Both the position numbers and the translations under genes were made by a program. This document shows, in pieces, positions 46,591-47,603 of a DNA stretch of 47,603 bases. Origin of the DNA: an uncultured Candidatus Saccharibacteria bacterium. Lineage in GTDB: Bacteria; Patescibacteriota; Dojkabacteria; SC72. The DNA lies in the NCBI GenBank assembly GCA_964452735.1, contig CAYVNA010000004.1, positions 1-47,603 on the forward strand, in the 5' to 3' direction. How positions within the stretch are numbered: position 1 is the first letter of the stretch; every line of letters starts with the position of its first letter. The notes beneath the pieces are model-generated. The model did no database searches. It was not told the origin of the DNA and worked only from the letters and a program-made list of their open reading frames with translations.

Positions 46591-47483
46591 TAATATTTAG
46601 CGTATTGGCTAGATACAGATACACGGTTACCCCCGGCTTTCTTTGATACATACATTGCCGTGTCTGCCTGTTTAACCGCTTTTTCCCATTCATTTTTAAG
46701 TTTTGTTTCGTTTTTGAAGTATTTGGAAAATTCTTTTACCTTAGTAACATGTACACCAACAGATATTGTTGTAGCGGTTCTTCCTTTTTTCTCTGCAATA
46801 TCTTTGAGCAATCTCTTGGCCAGTCCGTATGCCGTACTTCTTTTACCAGAGAGTTCTTCAACTACTATTACAAATTCATCTCCACCAACCCTAGTAACGA
46901 TATCCCTGTCTCGTAGAGAGCCATGCATGGTTTGAGATATTTCAAGTATGGCTATATCTCCTACGTCATGTCCATGTGTATCGTTAATTTCTTTTAGTCC
47001 ATCTATATCTACATAGACAATTCCAATTCTTTTGTCAGGATCTGAAAACATGAGGATCCTTTTTACATATTGCCAAAATCCATTTCTGTTTAATACGTGG
47101 GTAAGAGGGTCTCGCTCAGAGAGGTTGGCAAGTTTGTCTATGTATCTGTCAAAGGCCACTTCTTTGTCTCTGTTAGATTCAAAGAATTGTATGTACATGT
47201 AGAGTTTGCTTCCTGACCAATCTACAGCTACGTCTACAAATTCTCCCTTGGAATATGTTTTGTTTAGTTCCATGTACTTCTTTCTTTCTGCACATCCAAG
47301 TTCCAAGACTCTTTTTACCCTAAAGAATTCTTCTTTGCTAAAGATGTCATAGACTGTTTTGGGTTTCTTTGTGCGAAGACAGTTTCTAGTATCTAGAACA
47401 ATGTTGTTAACTTTCCCAGAGGGTTCAATTTCTAGTACGGTAAGGCCTATGAATGTAGAGAGGATGTTGTTGAAAAGATTCAT
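46587..47483 (-). CDS. GGDEF-domain diguanylate cyclase with an N-terminal sensor (PAS-like) region
   Basis: RVGGDEFVIV active site. An RxxD I-site (RDRD) sits at the canonical spacing upstream. DIDGLKEINDTHGHDVGD is also present. Confidence 0.88.
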   Translation of the reverse strand: MNLFNNILSTFIGLTVLEIEPSGKVNNIVLDTRNCLRTKKPKTVYDIFSKEEFFRVKRVLELGCAERKKYMELNKTYSKGEFVDVAVDWSGSKLYMYIQFFESNRDKEVAFDRYIDKLANLSERDPLTHVLNRNGFWQYVKRILMFSDPDKRIGIVYVDIDGLKEINDTHGHDVGDIAILEISQTMHGSLRDRDIVTRVGGDEFVIVVEELSGKRSTAYGLAKRLLKDIAEKKGRTATTISVGVHVTKVKEFSKYFKNETKLKNEWEKAVKQADTAMYVSKKAGGNRVSVSSQYAKYY

Positions 47484-47530
47484 AGGATAAATATATCACA
47501 TATGGGTATATTTACTCAATTAATATTGTT

Positions 47531-47539
47531 TGATATACT
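47531..47539 (+). promoter_or_regulatory. Candidate extended -10 promoter element (TGaTATACT) for tRNA-Asp
   Basis: TG at 47531-47532, TATACT at 47534-47539. The tRNA 5' end is 13 nt downstream. Confidence 0.35.
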
Positions 47540-47551
47540 TCTATCTGTATT

Positions 47552-47603
47552 GGAGTGGTAGCTCAATTGGTTAGAGCATCTCACTGTCACTGAGAAGGTT
47601 GCG
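47552..47603 (+). tRNA. tRNA-Asp (anticodon GUC), 5' portion only; the 3' end is off the window
   Basis: GGAGUGG acceptor, GCUCAAUUGGUUAGAGC D arm, anticodon stem UCUCA/UGAGA with loop CUGUCAC. Confidence 0.85.

Noticed and set aside
678-46935. Numerous 60-170-aa ORFs antisense to or nested within long genes (e.g. 678..875, 1336..1671, 7213..7656, 13979..14440, 15762..16058, 22896..23228, 29687..30046, 31599..31922, 39292..39579, 40213..40584, 41505..41951, 44529..44840, 45157..45666, 46245..46508, 46660..46935)
   Set aside because: Each lies fully inside a longer ORF with clear family motifs on the opposite strand or in another frame. All have Ser/Leu/Ile/Phe-rich shadow-ORF composition.
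1-47603. Alternative genetic code (e.g. UGA recoding, as in some candidate phyla), CRISPR arrays, IS elements
   Set aside because: Long family-recognisable ORFs close properly with TAA, TAG or TGA under the standard code. I saw no regularly spaced direct repeats and no transposase-like ORFs.

Overview
AT-rich (about one-third G+C by eye), tightly packed bacterial chromosomal window read with the standard genetic code. I count about 45 protein genes, 7 tRNA genes (Asn and Asp cut by the window edges; Gln, Val x2 and Leu complete) and one clear T-box leader. There is no CRISPR array, rRNA, transposase or integrase. Housekeeping genes: def, ileS (type-2-like, T-box controlled), pepF, gltX, aspS, a recA-recX-recJ(-aspS) block, rmuC, mscL, eno, tsaD, a tsaC-tsaE fusion, trxA, hsp20, a carD/cdnL-like gene and a yvcK/cofD-family gene. 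Envelope and accessory genes: GT2 and FkbM/SAM methyltransferases, a CapA-family protein flanked by two secreted lysozyme-like proteins, a Wzx-like flippase, many small membrane proteins, a multi-TM histidine kinase and a GGDEF cyclase. The compact layout, missing Shine-Dalgarno motifs and giant surface protein suggest a small-genome uncultivated lineage (Patescibacteria/CPR-like), but that is inference only. Best leads: (1) ORFs 37474..38115 and 33350..37444 look like one gene of about 1,580 aa for a surface giant (DUF2341, three tandem tail-collar-like HxH modules, an FN3 array, a C-terminal TM/CarboxypepD_reg block), broken by a TAG plus a 1-nt frame offset inside repeat module 1. (2) An ImmA/IrrE metallopeptidase is translationally coupled to a small RNxxAH-motif two-TM protein, with no Xre partner, next to an orphan ParB-like gene. 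(3) A 121-nt GC-enriched multi-hairpin element lies between carD and ileS and I cannot assign it to a known RNA class. (4) A YrdC(TsaC)-TsaE fusion overlaps tsaD. (5) Strong -10-like hexamers recur 5-9 nt upstream of start codons with no SD, suggesting leaderless or near-leaderless expression.
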